Assembly: GCA_036404475.1 (NCBI GenBank)
Contig: DASWZL010000004.1
Span: forward strand, 8,655-72,654
Direction: 5' to 3'
Source of the DNA: Thermoplasmata archaeon
Lineage (GTDB): Archaea > Thermoplasmatota > Thermoplasmata > Lutacidiplasmatales > UBA184
Length of the DNA stretch: 64,000 bases
Shown here: one piece after another, positions 16,942 through 26,846 of the stretch
Numbering within the stretch: position 1 is the first letter of the stretch
How the letters are laid out: each line of letters starts with the position of its first letter
Notes under the pieces: model-generated
What the model saw: the letters and a program-made list of their open reading frames with translations, nothing else
What the model was told of the DNA's origin: nothing
Databases searched by the model: none
Made by a program: the position numbers and the translations under genes

Positions 16942-17751
16942 GTGCGGCTCCGCCGTTCGTTCTCGAACCACGAGGTGCCGCTCTTCGACCCGTTCCTCTT
17001 GCTCGACCGGTTCGGATCCTCGGACCCGGAAGACTACCTCGCTGGCTTCCCCTGGCACCCGCACCGCGGCATCGAGACCGTGACGTACGTTCTCGAGGGC
17101 CAGGTGGAGCACGGCGACACCCTCGGGAATACGGGGATCATCGGGTCGGGCGACGTTCAGTGGATGAACTCCGGCAGTGGGATCATTCACCAGGAGATGC
17201 CGAAGCGCCATGAGGGCACGATGTCCGGCTTCCAGCTGTGGGTCAACCTTCCCGCAGCGGAGAAGATGTCGGTGCCGGCCTACCGAGGCTTGATGCGGGC
17301 CGACTTTCCGGAGGTGACGACCGACGACGGGAGCCTCGTGAAGGTCGTCTCGGGCTCCTACGGCGGCACGGAAGGCCCGGTGAAGGGGATCTCGGTCGAC
17401 CCGACGTACCTCGACGTCACGGTGCCCGCGGGAGGCTCTTTCGAGCTGGAGACTCACCCGGGGTACACTGCCTTTGCTCACGCCGTCACGGGAGGGGTCC
17501 GGTTCGACGGCAGCGATGCCGAGCCCGTTCAGGCCGGCGAGACTGCGTTGTTCGGCCCCGGTGGACCCGTCCGGGCCCATGCCCCAGAGGCCGCCGCTCG
17601 TTTTCTGCTCGTCTCGGGGCGCCCGCTCCACGAACCCGTGGCCTGGTACGGGCCGATCGTGATGAACACCCAGGCGCAGCTCGTCCAGGCGATGCGCGAG
17701 CTACGGGGCGGGGATTTCGTCAAGCACCGTCGGCCGATCGTCGAAGAGTGA
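16942..17751 (+). CDS. Pirin-family bicupin protein (true N-terminus probably upstream, see findings)
   Basis: DPFLLLDRFGSSDPEDYLAGFPWHPHRGIETVTYVLEG. The first canonical in-frame start is GTG 16942, but conserved pirin residues continue upstream in frame. Confidence 0.8.
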   Translation: MRLRRSFSNHEVPLFDPFLLLDRFGSSDPEDYLAGFPWHPHRGIETVTYVLEGQVEHGDTLGNTGIIGSGDVQWMNSGSGIIHQEMPKRHEGTMSGFQLWVNLPAAEKMSVPAYRGLMRADFPEVTTDDGSLVKVVSGSYGGTEGPVKGISVDPTYLDVTVPAGGSFELETHPGYTAFAHAVTGGVRFDGSDAEPVQAGETALFGPGGPVRAHAPEAAARFLLVSGRPLHEPVAWYGPIVMNTQAQLVQAMRELRGGDFVKHRRPIVEE

Positions 17752-17806
17752 CGAGGGGCCGGGCGGGCGCTCGACCGCGTACCACCTTTTGAAAAGACGA
17801 CATAAC

Positions 17807-17815
17807 CATTAAATC
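17807..17815 (+). promoter_or_regulatory. TATA-like box for the nickel transporter/nikR operon
   Basis: ccattaaat is an AT island in GC-rich sequence, centred about 27 nt before ATG 17838. This implies a leaderless or near-leaderless mRNA. Confidence 0.45.
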
Positions 17816-17837
17816 CCGCACCCACCTGGGCCGCCCG

Positions 17838-18947
17838 ATGCCCTCGGCACCCGCATCGGTCACCCCGGCGGGCGACCTCCGCCTGACCCCCGTCGAGCTT
17901 CTCAAGATGGGACTGATCTACGGTGGGCTCGCGGTCGTCACCGTACTGGCCTTCGCCGGTGCCTTCGAGTACCTCCCTCACCATTTCTCCGGTCAGATTA
18001 CGGCGGGAGCACTATTGTTCACCGGGCTCGCCATCACCGCCTACATTCTGGGGGTCCGACACGGTTTCGACGCCGACCACATCGCGGCCATCGACAACAC
18101 GACCCGGAAGCTTCTCAACGACGGAAAGAGACCCCTCACGGTCGGCACCTGGTTCTCCCTGGGGCATTCGACCATCGTCTGCGGAATGATCGTCGCCCTC
18201 GTGGTGGCCACCGAGTTCATCTCCCGGCAGTACAACAATTTCGCCTCGGTCGGGGCGGTCCTCGGGACGTTGATCTCCGGCGCTTTTCTGTTCCTCATCG
18301 GCATCGTGAACGTGATCATCGTCCTCGAGGTCTACCGGATGTTCCGCGGGGTCCGGGACGGGAAGCTCGACCAGAAGGCGCTGGACGAGCAGATGTTGAA
18401 ACGAGGATTCCTCAACCGGATCTTCGGACGCTTCTTCAAGGTCGTCCGGGAGCCCTGGCAGATCTACCCGATCGGGGTGCTGTTCGGCCTCGGGTTCGAC
18501 ACCGCCACCGAGGTGCTCATCATCGGGCTCACGGTCGTGGTGGCGGGATCGGGCGCGATCCCGATCTGGTCGGTCCTGTTCCTGCCCCTCCTGTTCACCT
18601 GCGGCATGGTCCTCGCCGACACGACCGACGGATTCGCGATGCGCTACGCCTATGGGTGGGCGTTCAACCATCCGATCCGGAAGATCTTCTACAACCTCAC
18701 CCTAACCGTCATCTCGGTGCTGGTCGCCTTCGCCATCGGAGGCGTCGAGCTTCTCCAGGTGATCTCCAGCGAGCTGGGGTGGGGCGGACCGTTCTGGAAC
18801 TGGCTCGATAACCTCAACTTCGAAGCGCTCGGGATCGGGATCGTCGTTCTGTTCATCGGGAGCTGGGCCGTCGCCATGGCGATCTATTACGTCAAGGGCT
18901 ACGAGAAGATCGGGTGGGGGCCCTCCGAACCGCCCCTCCACGCCTGA
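17838..18947 (+). CDS. HoxN/HupN/NixA-family nickel/cobalt transporter (NiCoT)
   Basis: RHGFDADHIAAIDNTTRKL carries the HX4DH NiCoT signature. About 8 TM helices. Adjacent to nikR. Confidence 0.85.
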   Translation: MPSAPASVTPAGDLRLTPVELLKMGLIYGGLAVVTVLAFAGAFEYLPHHFSGQITAGALLFTGLAITAYILGVRHGFDADHIAAIDNTTRKLLNDGKRPLTVGTWFSLGHSTIVCGMIVALVVATEFISRQYNNFASVGAVLGTLISGAFLFLIGIVNVIIVLEVYRMFRGVRDGKLDQKALDEQMLKRGFLNRIFGRFFKVVREPWQIYPIGVLFGLGFDTATEVLIIGLTVVVAGSGAIPIWSVLFLPLLFTCGMVLADTTDGFAMRYAYGWAFNHPIRKIFYNLTLTVISVLVAFAIGGVELLQVISSELGWGGPFWNWLDNLNFEALGIGIVVLFIGSWAVAMAIYYVKGYEKIGWGPSEPPLHA

Positions 18948-18968
18948 GGACGGTCGGTCGGGAGTACC

Positions 18969-19427
18969 ATGACACGCAAGGTGGTCCGAACGGCGGTCTC
19001 CCTCGAACCGGAACTGCTCGCGCTCTTGGACGGGTGGGTCGCGGAGCGGAACAGCCCGAGCCGCTCGGAGGCCATCCGCGCGCTGATCCGCAAGGAACTC
19101 GCGGACCGGACCCTTACCGACCCGAACTCCGACGCCCTCGGCGTCGTCGCGCTCCTCTACCGACACGACACCCCGAACGTTCTTCGACGTCTCACGGCCG
19201 CCGAGCACCGATGGGGGGAGCATGTCCGCTCCACGACGCACGTGCATCTCGAAGGCGATGCGTGCGCGGAGGTGGTCCTGCTGCTCGGCCGCCGGCGCGA
19301 GATCGAGACGGCGGCCGAGGACCTTCGAGGGGTGAAGGGGGTCCGGGACGGCGGCTGGCTCGTGACGGCGCCCGCCGTCGCGGGAGGCCGGACCGGCCAT
19401 CACCACCCGCACGGCGGCCGACGTTGA
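18969..19427 (+). CDS. nikR: Nickel-responsive transcriptional regulator NikR
   Basis: N-terminal ribbon-helix-helix (VRTAVSLEPELLALLDGWV..RSEAIRALI), a C-terminal metal-binding domain, and a His-rich tail GHHHPHGG. Confidence 0.8.
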   Translation: MTRKVVRTAVSLEPELLALLDGWVAERNSPSRSEAIRALIRKELADRTLTDPNSDALGVVALLYRHDTPNVLRRLTAAEHRWGEHVRSTTHVHLEGDACAEVVLLLGRRREIETAAEDLRGVKGVRDGGWLVTAPAVAGGRTGHHHPHGGRR

Positions 19428-20581
19428 CGCGCGCCGTGCGCTCGCGCCCGGAGGACCGACTGGCCCGGGTGGTCCTCGACCAGTGCTTGGGGGTCCGACG
19501 GGGCGAGACGGTCACGGTCGAGACCTGGAATCACACGCTCCCTTGGGCCCGCGCGTTCGTCCTGGAGGCGCGGCGTCGCGGATGCGAACCCACCTTGGTG
19601 GTCGAGGACGAGGAGGCGTTCTTCCGCTCGCTCGCGCAGTCGGACTCGCGCACCGTCCCGAGCGCCCCGGCGGCCTTGGCCGAGGCAAGCGACGCCTATG
19701 TCTACTTCCCGGGTCCCGAGCAGTTCCCGCGCCTCCTCGGGCTCTCGGCCGAGGAGCTGGACGCGGTGGTCGGACGCCACGGCCCGGGGTGGTGGAGAGC
19801 CGCACGTCGCGCGGGACTACGGGCCGCGCGGATCGCGGTCGCGGCGGCGACCCCCACCGCGGCGGCCCGGTTCGGGGTGGACCGGGACGCCTGGCAACGG
19901 GAGCTGGTCCAGGGGAGCCTCGTCTCCCCCGACCGACTCGCCCGGACCGCCGGTCGACTCGTACGACGACTGCATCGGGCCCACCAGGTTCGCGTCCGTC
20001 ATCCGAACGGGACCGACCTCACGGTCGAGCTCCTCCGCGCGCCCCCGGTCGTCGAGGATGGTCGCGTGGACCGGGCGGACCGTCGCGCCGGTCGCCTCTG
20101 GACGCAGATCCCGACCGGGGTCGTGGCCGTCCCCCTCGCTCCGGGCGTCGCCGAAGGCGTCTGGGAATCGAACCGGGAAGCCTACGACCGATTCTCCGAC
20201 CCTCCCGTCGCGCTGGGAGCGCGCTTTGCCTTCCACCGAGGTCGGCTCACGGAGTACTCCTTCGACCAAGGGGGCGCCGCCTTCGCCCGCGCGTACGCTC
20301 GCGGAGGGCGGGGCCGCGAGTCGCCCGGCGCGCTCACCTTTGGCGTCAACCCGGCGATCGTCCGGGCCCCCGAGGTGGGAGAGGTCGCCGCCGGGACCGT
20401 CGGCCTCCTCCTCGGAGGGAACCGATCCCTCGGCGGCCGCAACCCCTCCCGCTTCGCCTACCTCACCACCCTCGCCAGCGCGAGCGTGGACCTCGACGGA
20501 GAGCCGTTCCTCGAGGAGGGAACGACCATATCGGGGGCGCGGGGCTCGAACCGATCGGAAGCTCCCCCCGAGCGAAGATAG
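19424..20581 (+). CDS. M29-family aminopeptidase (AmpS/PepS-like)
   Basis: LARVVLDQCLGVRRGETVTVETWNHTLPWARAFVLEARRRGCEP fits the aminopeptidase T/S N-terminus. TTG 19424 overlaps the nikR stop; GTG 19436 is an alternative start. TAG stop. Confidence 0.6.
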   Translation: MTRAVRSRPEDRLARVVLDQCLGVRRGETVTVETWNHTLPWARAFVLEARRRGCEPTLVVEDEEAFFRSLAQSDSRTVPSAPAALAEASDAYVYFPGPEQFPRLLGLSAEELDAVVGRHGPGWWRAARRAGLRAARIAVAAATPTAAARFGVDRDAWQRELVQGSLVSPDRLARTAGRLVRRLHRAHQVRVRHPNGTDLTVELLRAPPVVEDGRVDRADRRAGRLWTQIPTGVVAVPLAPGVAEGVWESNREAYDRFSDPPVALGARFAFHRGRLTEYSFDQGGAAFARAYARGGRGRESPGALTFGVNPAIVRAPEVGEVAAGTVGLLLGGNRSLGGRNPSRFAYLTTLASASVDLDGEPFLEEGTTISGARGSNRSEAPPERR

Positions 20582-20623
20582 AGGGTCACCCCCGCCCCGG
20601 CACCGTCGCGCGACCGGACGGGC

Positions 20624-21553
20624 CTACGAGGGGTCGGGGGGAGAATCAATCCGTCGGGCGAACTCGCTGAGAAGCCCGCCGGCGACCTCGAGGTGGCGGG
20701 CCGAGATCTGCTCGACGTTGACGCCGATGGGTACCGAGAGGTGCTCCGCGCGGGCCATTCGCGCGACGTCCTCCCATACCGAGATCGCAATCATCACGCT
20801 CCGACGGACCGCGTCACTCTCCTCTCCTTCCAGGATCGCTCGCTCCGCGGAATCAGGGAGGTCCGCCCCGAGCCAGCGGACGAACTGCGCATCCTCGTCG
20901 TCCGCGATGGGGGCCACACTGAGGAGAACGGCGGCCGGAGGGAAGGACGCCTGGCGACAGAGAAGGTCGTACCGAAGGAGGACCGCCCGCACGGCTTCGG
21001 AGTCGAACAGAAGCTGGGTCGTGAAGAACGACGCACCGGCGCGCGTCTTCGCCAGCATCCGATGGGCCTCGCCCCCCCTCTGGGGGATCGCGATGTTGCC
21101 GATCGACCCGCCCGCGGCGGTGAAGATCGGTCGACAGAGCCGGTCGGCCTCGGTGACCGGAGGTCCCGGGTACGGAATGTACCGGCTGCTCCCCCCGACC
21201 AGAACGACGTGCCGAATGCCCCGGTCGACCGTCTCGCGGGCCCATTGCTCGACCGCCGGGATGTCGGGCAGGTGCGCGACGACCTTGTTCGTGACCACCT
21301 CGCGCGCCGTGCGTTCGGCCAGCACCCGAGCGTACGCCCGGGGGTCCCCCGACCGGTAGTGCGGCTTCCCCTCGTGGTTCTCGTCGACCAGCTCGGGGAT
21401 CGCGAGGGCGTCCACGCGCGGAACGGTCTCGATCAGTCGGACGACCGCCGCCGTCCGCTCCTCGACCCGATGCGCCGGGGTCCTCGCGGGCGAAGGCACG
21501 GGCTCGAAGAACAGCGGCGAGGCGCGGAGCGCTTCCGAAAGAGGACGGGTCAT
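20624..21553 (-). CDS. Methylenetetrahydrofolate reductase (MetF)-like protein
   Basis: 309 aa. AGASFFTTQLLFDSEAV matches the MetF-family TQ..fD region, with TIM-barrel-like alternation. TAG stop. Confidence 0.5.
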   Translation of the reverse strand: MTRPLSEALRASPLFFEPVPSPARTPAHRVEERTAAVVRLIETVPRVDALAIPELVDENHEGKPHYRSGDPRAYARVLAERTAREVVTNKVVAHLPDIPAVEQWARETVDRGIRHVVLVGGSSRYIPYPGPPVTEADRLCRPIFTAAGGSIGNIAIPQRGGEAHRMLAKTRAGASFFTTQLLFDSEAVRAVLLRYDLLCRQASFPPAAVLLSVAPIADDEDAQFVRWLGADLPDSAERAILEGEESDAVRRSVMIAISVWEDVARMARAEHLSVPIGVNVEQISARHLEVAGGLLSEFARRIDSPPDPS

Positions 21554-21773
21554 GGTTACCGATCGGGTGGGTCACGTCGGGGGGCAGGGACGGGATAAAT
21601 CGTTTCGTCCTCGGACAGAATTGCAGAGAACGTAACCGCGAGTCACGAGGAGCAACCCATCGACCCGCCCGCCGAGCTCGCCCGACCGCACGAAAAACAT
21701 CGCGATGCGCCCACGGACCGACCCCGGAGATCCGCGGGGAGACCTCTTATCCTTCGAGCCTAGGACCGCGCCG

Positions 21774-22706
21774 ATGGCGGCGGCGATCGAGGTGGCCGGC
21801 CTCGTCAAGCGCTACGGGGCTCTCGCGGCCGTCGACGGGATCGGATTCTCGGTCCCGCCGGGGACCGTCTTCTCGTTCCTCGGTCCGAACGGGGCCGGTA
21901 AGACGACCACGACCGAGATCCTCGAGGGGCTGCGACGGGCCACCGAGGGGGAGGTCCGGGTCCTCGGGCTCGACCCGTGGACGGAGGGGGCGGAGCTGCA
22001 CCGACGCATCGGGGTCATTCCCCAGGACTTCCGGTTCTTCGAGAAGATCACGCCGAAGGAGGCGATCGAGTACTACCGCGCTCTGTTCCACACCCACGTC
22101 GACCCGCACACCCTTCTGGAACAGGTCGAGCTCGCGGACAAGGCGAACTCCCGGTTCGACACGCTTTCGGGGGGGCAGAAACAGAAGCTCGGGCTCGCGC
22201 TGGCGCTCACGAACGACCCGGAGATCTGCTTCTTGGACGAACCGACCACCGGCCTCGACCCGCACGCCCGCCGGGCGATCTGGGCGGTCATCCGGACGCT
22301 GAAGCGGGAGGGTCGGACGGTCTTCCTGACGACCCATTACCTCGAAGAGGCCGAGCTCCTCGCCGACCGGGTGGCGATCATCCACCGCGGCAAGATCATC
22401 GCCTCGGGAAGCCCGGCGGAGATCATCCGGGCCCACGGGAAACCCGCCCGCATGAGCGTGGAGGGGAGTCCCGCCCTCGCGGCCTACTTGCAGATGAACC
22501 TCGGCGCGTCCGCGGTGATGGAGGATGGGAAGGTCTCGGTGACCCTCTCCGATAAGGGAGACGCCCTCAAGATCCTGACCGCCATCGAGGCGAGCGGGCT
22601 TCCCTGGTCTTCGTTCTCGACGACCCAGGACACCCTCGACGACGTCTTCGTCCGCCTGGTCGGCCAGATGGACGAAGGCGCGCTCAAGTCGGAGGGCACG
22701 CCATGA
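21774..22706 (+). CDS. ABC transporter ATP-binding protein
   Basis: Walker A GPNGAGKTT, signature LSGGQKQKL, Walker B ICFLDEPTTGLD. A TATA-like cttatcc lies about 26 nt upstream of ATG 21774. Confidence 0.9.
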   Translation: MAAAIEVAGLVKRYGALAAVDGIGFSVPPGTVFSFLGPNGAGKTTTTEILEGLRRATEGEVRVLGLDPWTEGAELHRRIGVIPQDFRFFEKITPKEAIEYYRALFHTHVDPHTLLEQVELADKANSRFDTLSGGQKQKLGLALALTNDPEICFLDEPTTGLDPHARRAIWAVIRTLKREGRTVFLTTHYLEEAELLADRVAIIHRGKIIASGSPAEIIRAHGKPARMSVEGSPALAAYLQMNLGASAVMEDGKVSVTLSDKGDALKILTAIEASGLPWSSFSTTQDTLDDVFVRLVGQMDEGALKSEGTP

Positions 22707-23815
22707 AGATGCGCCATATCACCGCCGACCTGCGGATCGTCTCCCGGACGTACCTCCGCAACCCGGTGGCCCTGTTCTTCTCGCTGATCTTCCCGATCAT
22801 CCTGATCTCGCTCTTCGGGCTCATCTTCTCCACGGTCGGGACCGGGGCGGTCACGTTGGTCGTCGTCAACGACGACCACAACTCCCTCGTGAGCGTCGAG
22901 TTCCTTTCCGCGCTCAACGACACGACCGTCGTGAAGGTCCAGCTGGTCTCGGTCAGCGCGCAGAACTTCTCCACGTACCTCGGTCAGAATGACTACCCGG
23001 CCGGGCTCGTGGTCCCCGACGGGTTCCAGAACGACTATTACAACCGTACGCCGGTCAACCTCACCCTCTACACGAACCCCGAGGCTGCCTCGTCGACCGG
23101 AACGGTCCTGGGAGCGGTCCAGGGCGTCGCGAACGGCTTCAACCTGAGGGCGGTGTGCAGCGGAACGTCCTGTGCTCCGGTCGTCGGCTTCACGACCCTC
23201 AACGTCGGGAGCCAGGTCTACAAGTACATTGACTACCTCATCCCGGGGCTGATCGGCTTCGCGATCCTGACGAGCCCGATGTTCTCGATGGTCGACATCG
23301 CCTCCTCCTACCGGAAGGACGGGATCTTCCGGGAGCTCTCCCTGACCCCGATCACTCGGGCGGAGTGGTTGACCTCCCGGATCGTGTGGTACGTGGGCTT
23401 GACGTTCGTTACGGCCGGGATCATGATCGGCGCGGGGGTGTTCTTGTTCAATGCCCACGTCACGCTCACGCTCGGGGTGATCCCCTTCCTCGTGGTCGGC
23501 CCCTTCTTCTTCGTCTCGCTCGGCATGCTCGCGGGGTCGGTCGCCAAGACCCCCGAGAGCGCCGCGTTGATCGGTAACATCATCACGTTCCCGATGATGT
23601 TCCTCTCGGGAACGTTCTTCCAGGTCTCTAGCATGCCCCCGGGGCTGCAGGCGTTCGCGCGGATCCTACCGCTCTACTACGTGATCGACGGGATGAACCA
23701 GGTGATGCTGTTCTCGAACACCTCCCGCGCGCTGCTGGACCTTCTGGTCGTCCTGGTCGGCTCAGTGGTCGTCTTCTTGCTCGCGGTGCGGCTGTTCAAG
23801 TGGAGAGACGAATGA
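22703..23815 (+). CDS. ABC-2 type transporter permease
   Basis: 370 aa. One N-terminal TM, a large loop, then 5 C-terminal TM helices. The start overlaps the ATPase stop (ATGA). Confidence 0.8.
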   Translation: MKMRHITADLRIVSRTYLRNPVALFFSLIFPIILISLFGLIFSTVGTGAVTLVVVNDDHNSLVSVEFLSALNDTTVVKVQLVSVSAQNFSTYLGQNDYPAGLVVPDGFQNDYYNRTPVNLTLYTNPEAASSTGTVLGAVQGVANGFNLRAVCSGTSCAPVVGFTTLNVGSQVYKYIDYLIPGLIGFAILTSPMFSMVDIASSYRKDGIFRELSLTPITRAEWLTSRIVWYVGLTFVTAGIMIGAGVFLFNAHVTLTLGVIPFLVVGPFFFVSLGMLAGSVAKTPESAALIGNIITFPMMFLSGTFFQVSSMPPGLQAFARILPLYYVIDGMNQVMLFSNTSRALLDLLVVLVGSVVVFLLAVRLFKWRDE

Positions 23816-24351
23816 CGCCCGAACCCTCCCCCGCCCCGGTCGACGGCACCGCGTTCCGGGACCTGATGGCCCGCTGGCCGACCGGTGTCTCGGTCGTCAC
23901 CGCGCGCGACGGCCCGCTCGACGCGGGCCTCACCGTGAACGCGTTCCTGTCGGTCTCCCTCGCTCCTCCGTCCGTCCTCGTGAGCCTCACGGAGGACGCT
24001 GACACGACCCCCGTGATCGAGCGGACGGGGCTCTTCGGGGTCAACCTCCTCGGGGCCGACCAGCGCCCCGTGAGCGAGCGGTTCGCCCGCCCGATCCCGC
24101 CGGCCGAGAAGTTCTTGGGCCTTCCCCGGCACCGCGGCCGCACGGGCGTGGCGCTCTTGGACGGTACTCTGGGCGCGCTCGAGTGCCGGGTGGTGTCGCG
24201 CGCTCCGGCCTACGATCACGTTCTCTTCGTCGGGGAGGTCGTCCATATGGAGGTCGGGCGGGACGCCCCTCCTCTCCTCTTCTTCCGGTCCGCCTACGCC
24301 GAGGCCGAGGCGGGCGACCGCCTTCACCTAGGAGCCCGCGAGAAACGCTAG
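23812..24351 (+). CDS. Flavin reductase-like FMN-binding protein
   Basis: [17 protein letters not shown]...[21 protein letters not shown] is typical of the flavin reductase domain. ATG 23812 overlaps the permease TGA. Confidence 0.7.
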   Translation: MTPEPSPAPVDGTAFRDLMARWPTGVSVVTARDGPLDAGLTVNAFLSVSLAPPSVLVSLTEDADTTPVIERTGLFGVNLLGADQRPVSERFARPIPPAEKFLGLPRHRGRTGVALLDGTLGALECRVVSRAPAYDHVLFVGEVVHMEVGRDAPPLLFFRSAYAEAEAGDRLHLGAREKR

Positions 24352-24360
24352 GGGTCGGGC

Positions 24361-24368
24361 CTTTAACC
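24361..24368 (+). promoter_or_regulatory. TATA-like box upstream of trxB
   Basis: ctttaacc is centred about 26 nt before ATG 24390. Confidence 0.4.
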
Positions 24369-24389
24369 TCCGTCGGGGGTAGTCGGACG

Positions 24390-25385
24390 ATGGACGGAGA
24401 ACCTCGAGCGGTCCGGGTCGCGGTCCTGGGCAGCGGCCCCGCCGGGCTCACGGCCGCGCTCTACGCGGCCCGGTCCGAGCTGAAACCGCTCGTGATCTCG
24501 GGGGTTCCCCCGGGGGGCCAGCTCCTCATCACCACGGACGTCGAGAACTATCCCGGGTTCCCGGAGGGGATCCAGGGTCCCGAGCTCATCGATCGGATGC
24601 GACGCCAGGCCACCCGGTTCGGGGCCGAGTTCGTGGACGACAACGTGACTCGGGTCGACCTGTCGACGCGTCCCTTTGTCCTCCAGACCGGCTCGAGCGG
24701 AACGGTGCGGGCGGACGCCGTGATCGTCGCCACCGGGGCCAACGCCCGGTGGCTCGACCTGCCGTCCGAGAACCGCTTGAAGGGCCACGGGGTCTCCGCG
24801 TGCGCGACCTGCGACGGGTTCTTCTTTAAAGGGAAGGAGCTCGCCGTTGTCGGCGGCGGCGACAGCGCGATGGAGGAGGCGCTCTTCCTGACGAACTTCG
24901 CCACCCACGTCACGATCCTCCACCGCCGCGACAAGTTCCGCGCGAGCCCGATCATGCTCGAACGGGCGCGCTCCCACCCGAAGGTCTCGTTCCTCCTGGA
25001 CTCGATCGTCGAGGAGGTCCTCGGCCGCGAGACGGTCGAAGGCCTTCGCGTGAGGAACGCGCGGACGGGCACGGTGACGGACCTCAAGGTCGGGGGCCTC
25101 TTCGTCGCGATCGGCCACGTTCCCGCGACCGACGTCTTCCGCGGCGCGCTCGAGCTCGACACCGAAGGATACGTCACGGTCCATCAGGAGACCCGAACGA
25201 GCGTCGAGGGGGTCTTCGCGGCCGGCGACGTGCACGACCGTCGGTACCGACAGGCCATCAGCGCGGCCGGTTCCGGTTGCATGGCCGCGATCGACGCCGA
25301 ACGTTGGCTCGCCGAGCACGAGCGGCCCCCCGCTGCGCCCCCGCCGAAGGCCGTGACGGCCGGATCCCCTTCCCTCGTTGGATAG
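24390..25385 (+). CDS. trxB: Thioredoxin-disulfide reductase
   Basis: [11 protein letters not shown] motif, redox-active CATCDG, and a second dinucleotide motif [12 protein letters not shown]. Confidence 0.9.
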   Translation: MDGEPRAVRVAVLGSGPAGLTAALYAARSELKPLVISGVPPGGQLLITTDVENYPGFPEGIQGPELIDRMRRQATRFGAEFVDDNVTRVDLSTRPFVLQTGSSGTVRADAVIVATGANARWLDLPSENRLKGHGVSACATCDGFFFKGKELAVVGGGDSAMEEALFLTNFATHVTILHRRDKFRASPIMLERARSHPKVSFLLDSIVEEVLGRETVEGLRVRNARTGTVTDLKVGGLFVAIGHVPATDVFRGALELDTEGYVTVHQETRTSVEGVFAAGDVHDRRYRQAISAAGSGCMAAIDAERWLAEHERPPAAPPPKAVTAGSPSLVG

Positions 25386-25426
25386 CCTTTAATATCGTGG
25401 GGCCCGGTGACCGCGGAGGTCGGGCG

Positions 25427-25618
25427 ATGCCCAGCAAGAAGCATCTCCATATCGAGTCCTCGGGCCAGCTCTGCATCTACTGCGGGGCGTGCGTGGGGAT
25501 CTGCCCGCTCAACTGCATCTACCTCGACGAGACCCGGATCACGTTCGACGAGAGGGTCTGCACGCGCTGCGAGATCTGCGTGAAGGCCTGCCCCGTCGGC
25601 GCGATCGAGATCGGGTGA
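25427..25618 (+). CDS. 2x[4Fe-4S] ferredoxin
   Basis: 63 aa with CIYCGACVGICP and CTRCEICVKACP. A TATA-like ctttaatatc lies at 25387-25396. Confidence 0.85.
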   Translation: MPSKKHLHIESSGQLCIYCGACVGICPLNCIYLDETRITFDERVCTRCEICVKACPVGAIEIG

Positions 25619-25640
25619 CCTCACGGAGGGTTCGAAGTCC

Positions 25641-26828
25641 ATGCCCGACCTGAAAACGGACGTCCTGGTCATCGGTGCCGGCCCCGCCGGTAGCATGACG
25701 GCGAAATGGGCGGCGAAGAACGGCGCGAAGGTCGTGATGATCGAGAAGCGCCAGGAGATCGGCAGCCCCGTTCGCTGCGGCGAGGGGTTGAGCAAGTCGT
25801 GGCTCGCGGGCGTCGGCATCACGCCCGGCCGCTGGATCAACCTCGAGGTGGAAGGCGCGCGCATCTTCTCCCCCAGCGAGCAGGTCTTCGAGATCAACGA
25901 GAAGGACGCGGGGAACGAGGTCGGCTACGTCGTGGAGCGGACCGCGTTCGACAAGCAGCTCGCGATCGACGCCGCGAACGTCGGCGTCGATATCTTCCTC
26001 AAGACCGCCGCGGTGACGATGCTGAAGGAGAACGGCCGCATCGTCGGGGCCAAGGTCAAGCACTCCGGCGAGACGTTCGAAATCCGCGCGCCGGTCACGA
26101 TCGGCGCGGACGGTTTCGAGAGCCAGGTCGGTCGCTGGGCGGGGATCCCCACCAACCTCGCGATGCGCGACATGGATACCTGTCTTCAGTACCGTATGAC
26201 GAACGTCGACTGCGACGTCCGCTACTGCGACTTCTACCTCGGCAAGGTCGCGCCGGGCGGTTACGTATGGATCTTCCCGAAGGGCGAGGGCCTCGCCAAC
26301 GTCGGGATCGGCGTCCAGGTGAGCCAGGTGAAGGCGATGGCCGATGCCCGGAACCTCCTCGACCGCTGGATCGACCACCACCCCGGCTACGCGAAGGGCA
26401 AGAAGATCGACATGGTCGGGGGCGGGGTCTCGATCTCGGCGCCGATCAAGCAGACGGTCGCGGACGGCATCATGCTCGTCGGGGACGCCGCCCGGATGAT
26501 CGACCCGCTGACCGGGGGCGGCATCGCGAACGGCTGCATCGCCGGGAAGATCTGCGGGACCGTCGCCGCCGAGGCGGTCCACGCCGGCACGCCGACGAAG
26601 GAGTTCTTCCAGAAGTACGAGAAGGGCTGGCGCGCTCTGCTCGAAGAGAAGCTCTACCGCAACTGGCTCGCGAAGGAGAAGCTCGTCCAGCTGAGCGACG
26701 AGGTGTTCGACAAGGTCATCGACGTCCTCCAGGGCGTCAAGCTCGAGAAGCTGAGCGTCCACAACATCCTCAAAGCGGTCCACGAAAAGTACCCGGAGGT
26801 GACGAAGGAGTTCGAGGAGTTCCTCTGA
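25641..26828 (+). CDS. Geranylgeranyl reductase family flavoprotein (digeranylgeranylglycerophospholipid reductase-like)
   Basis: 395 aa. VIGAGPAGS FAD motif, RCGEGL, and LVGDAARMIDPLTGGGI. Confidence 0.85.
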   Translation: MPDLKTDVLVIGAGPAGSMTAKWAAKNGAKVVMIEKRQEIGSPVRCGEGLSKSWLAGVGITPGRWINLEVEGARIFSPSEQVFEINEKDAGNEVGYVVERTAFDKQLAIDAANVGVDIFLKTAAVTMLKENGRIVGAKVKHSGETFEIRAPVTIGADGFESQVGRWAGIPTNLAMRDMDTCLQYRMTNVDCDVRYCDFYLGKVAPGGYVWIFPKGEGLANVGIGVQVSQVKAMADARNLLDRWIDHHPGYAKGKKIDMVGGGVSISAPIKQTVADGIMLVGDAARMIDPLTGGGIANGCIAGKICGTVAAEAVHAGTPTKEFFQKYEKGWRALLEEKLYRNWLAKEKLVQLSDEVFDKVIDVLQGVKLEKLSVHNILKAVHEKYPEVTKEFEEFL

Positions 26829-26846
26829 ACCTCCTTCCGCGCGTCC

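Noticed and set aside
19698-21359. 553-aa plus-strand ORF spanning the aminopeptidase 3' half and the antisense of the MetF-like gene
   Set aside because: Its composition is Ser/Arg/Pro-rich, and it is out of frame with the recognisable M29 peptidase sequence.
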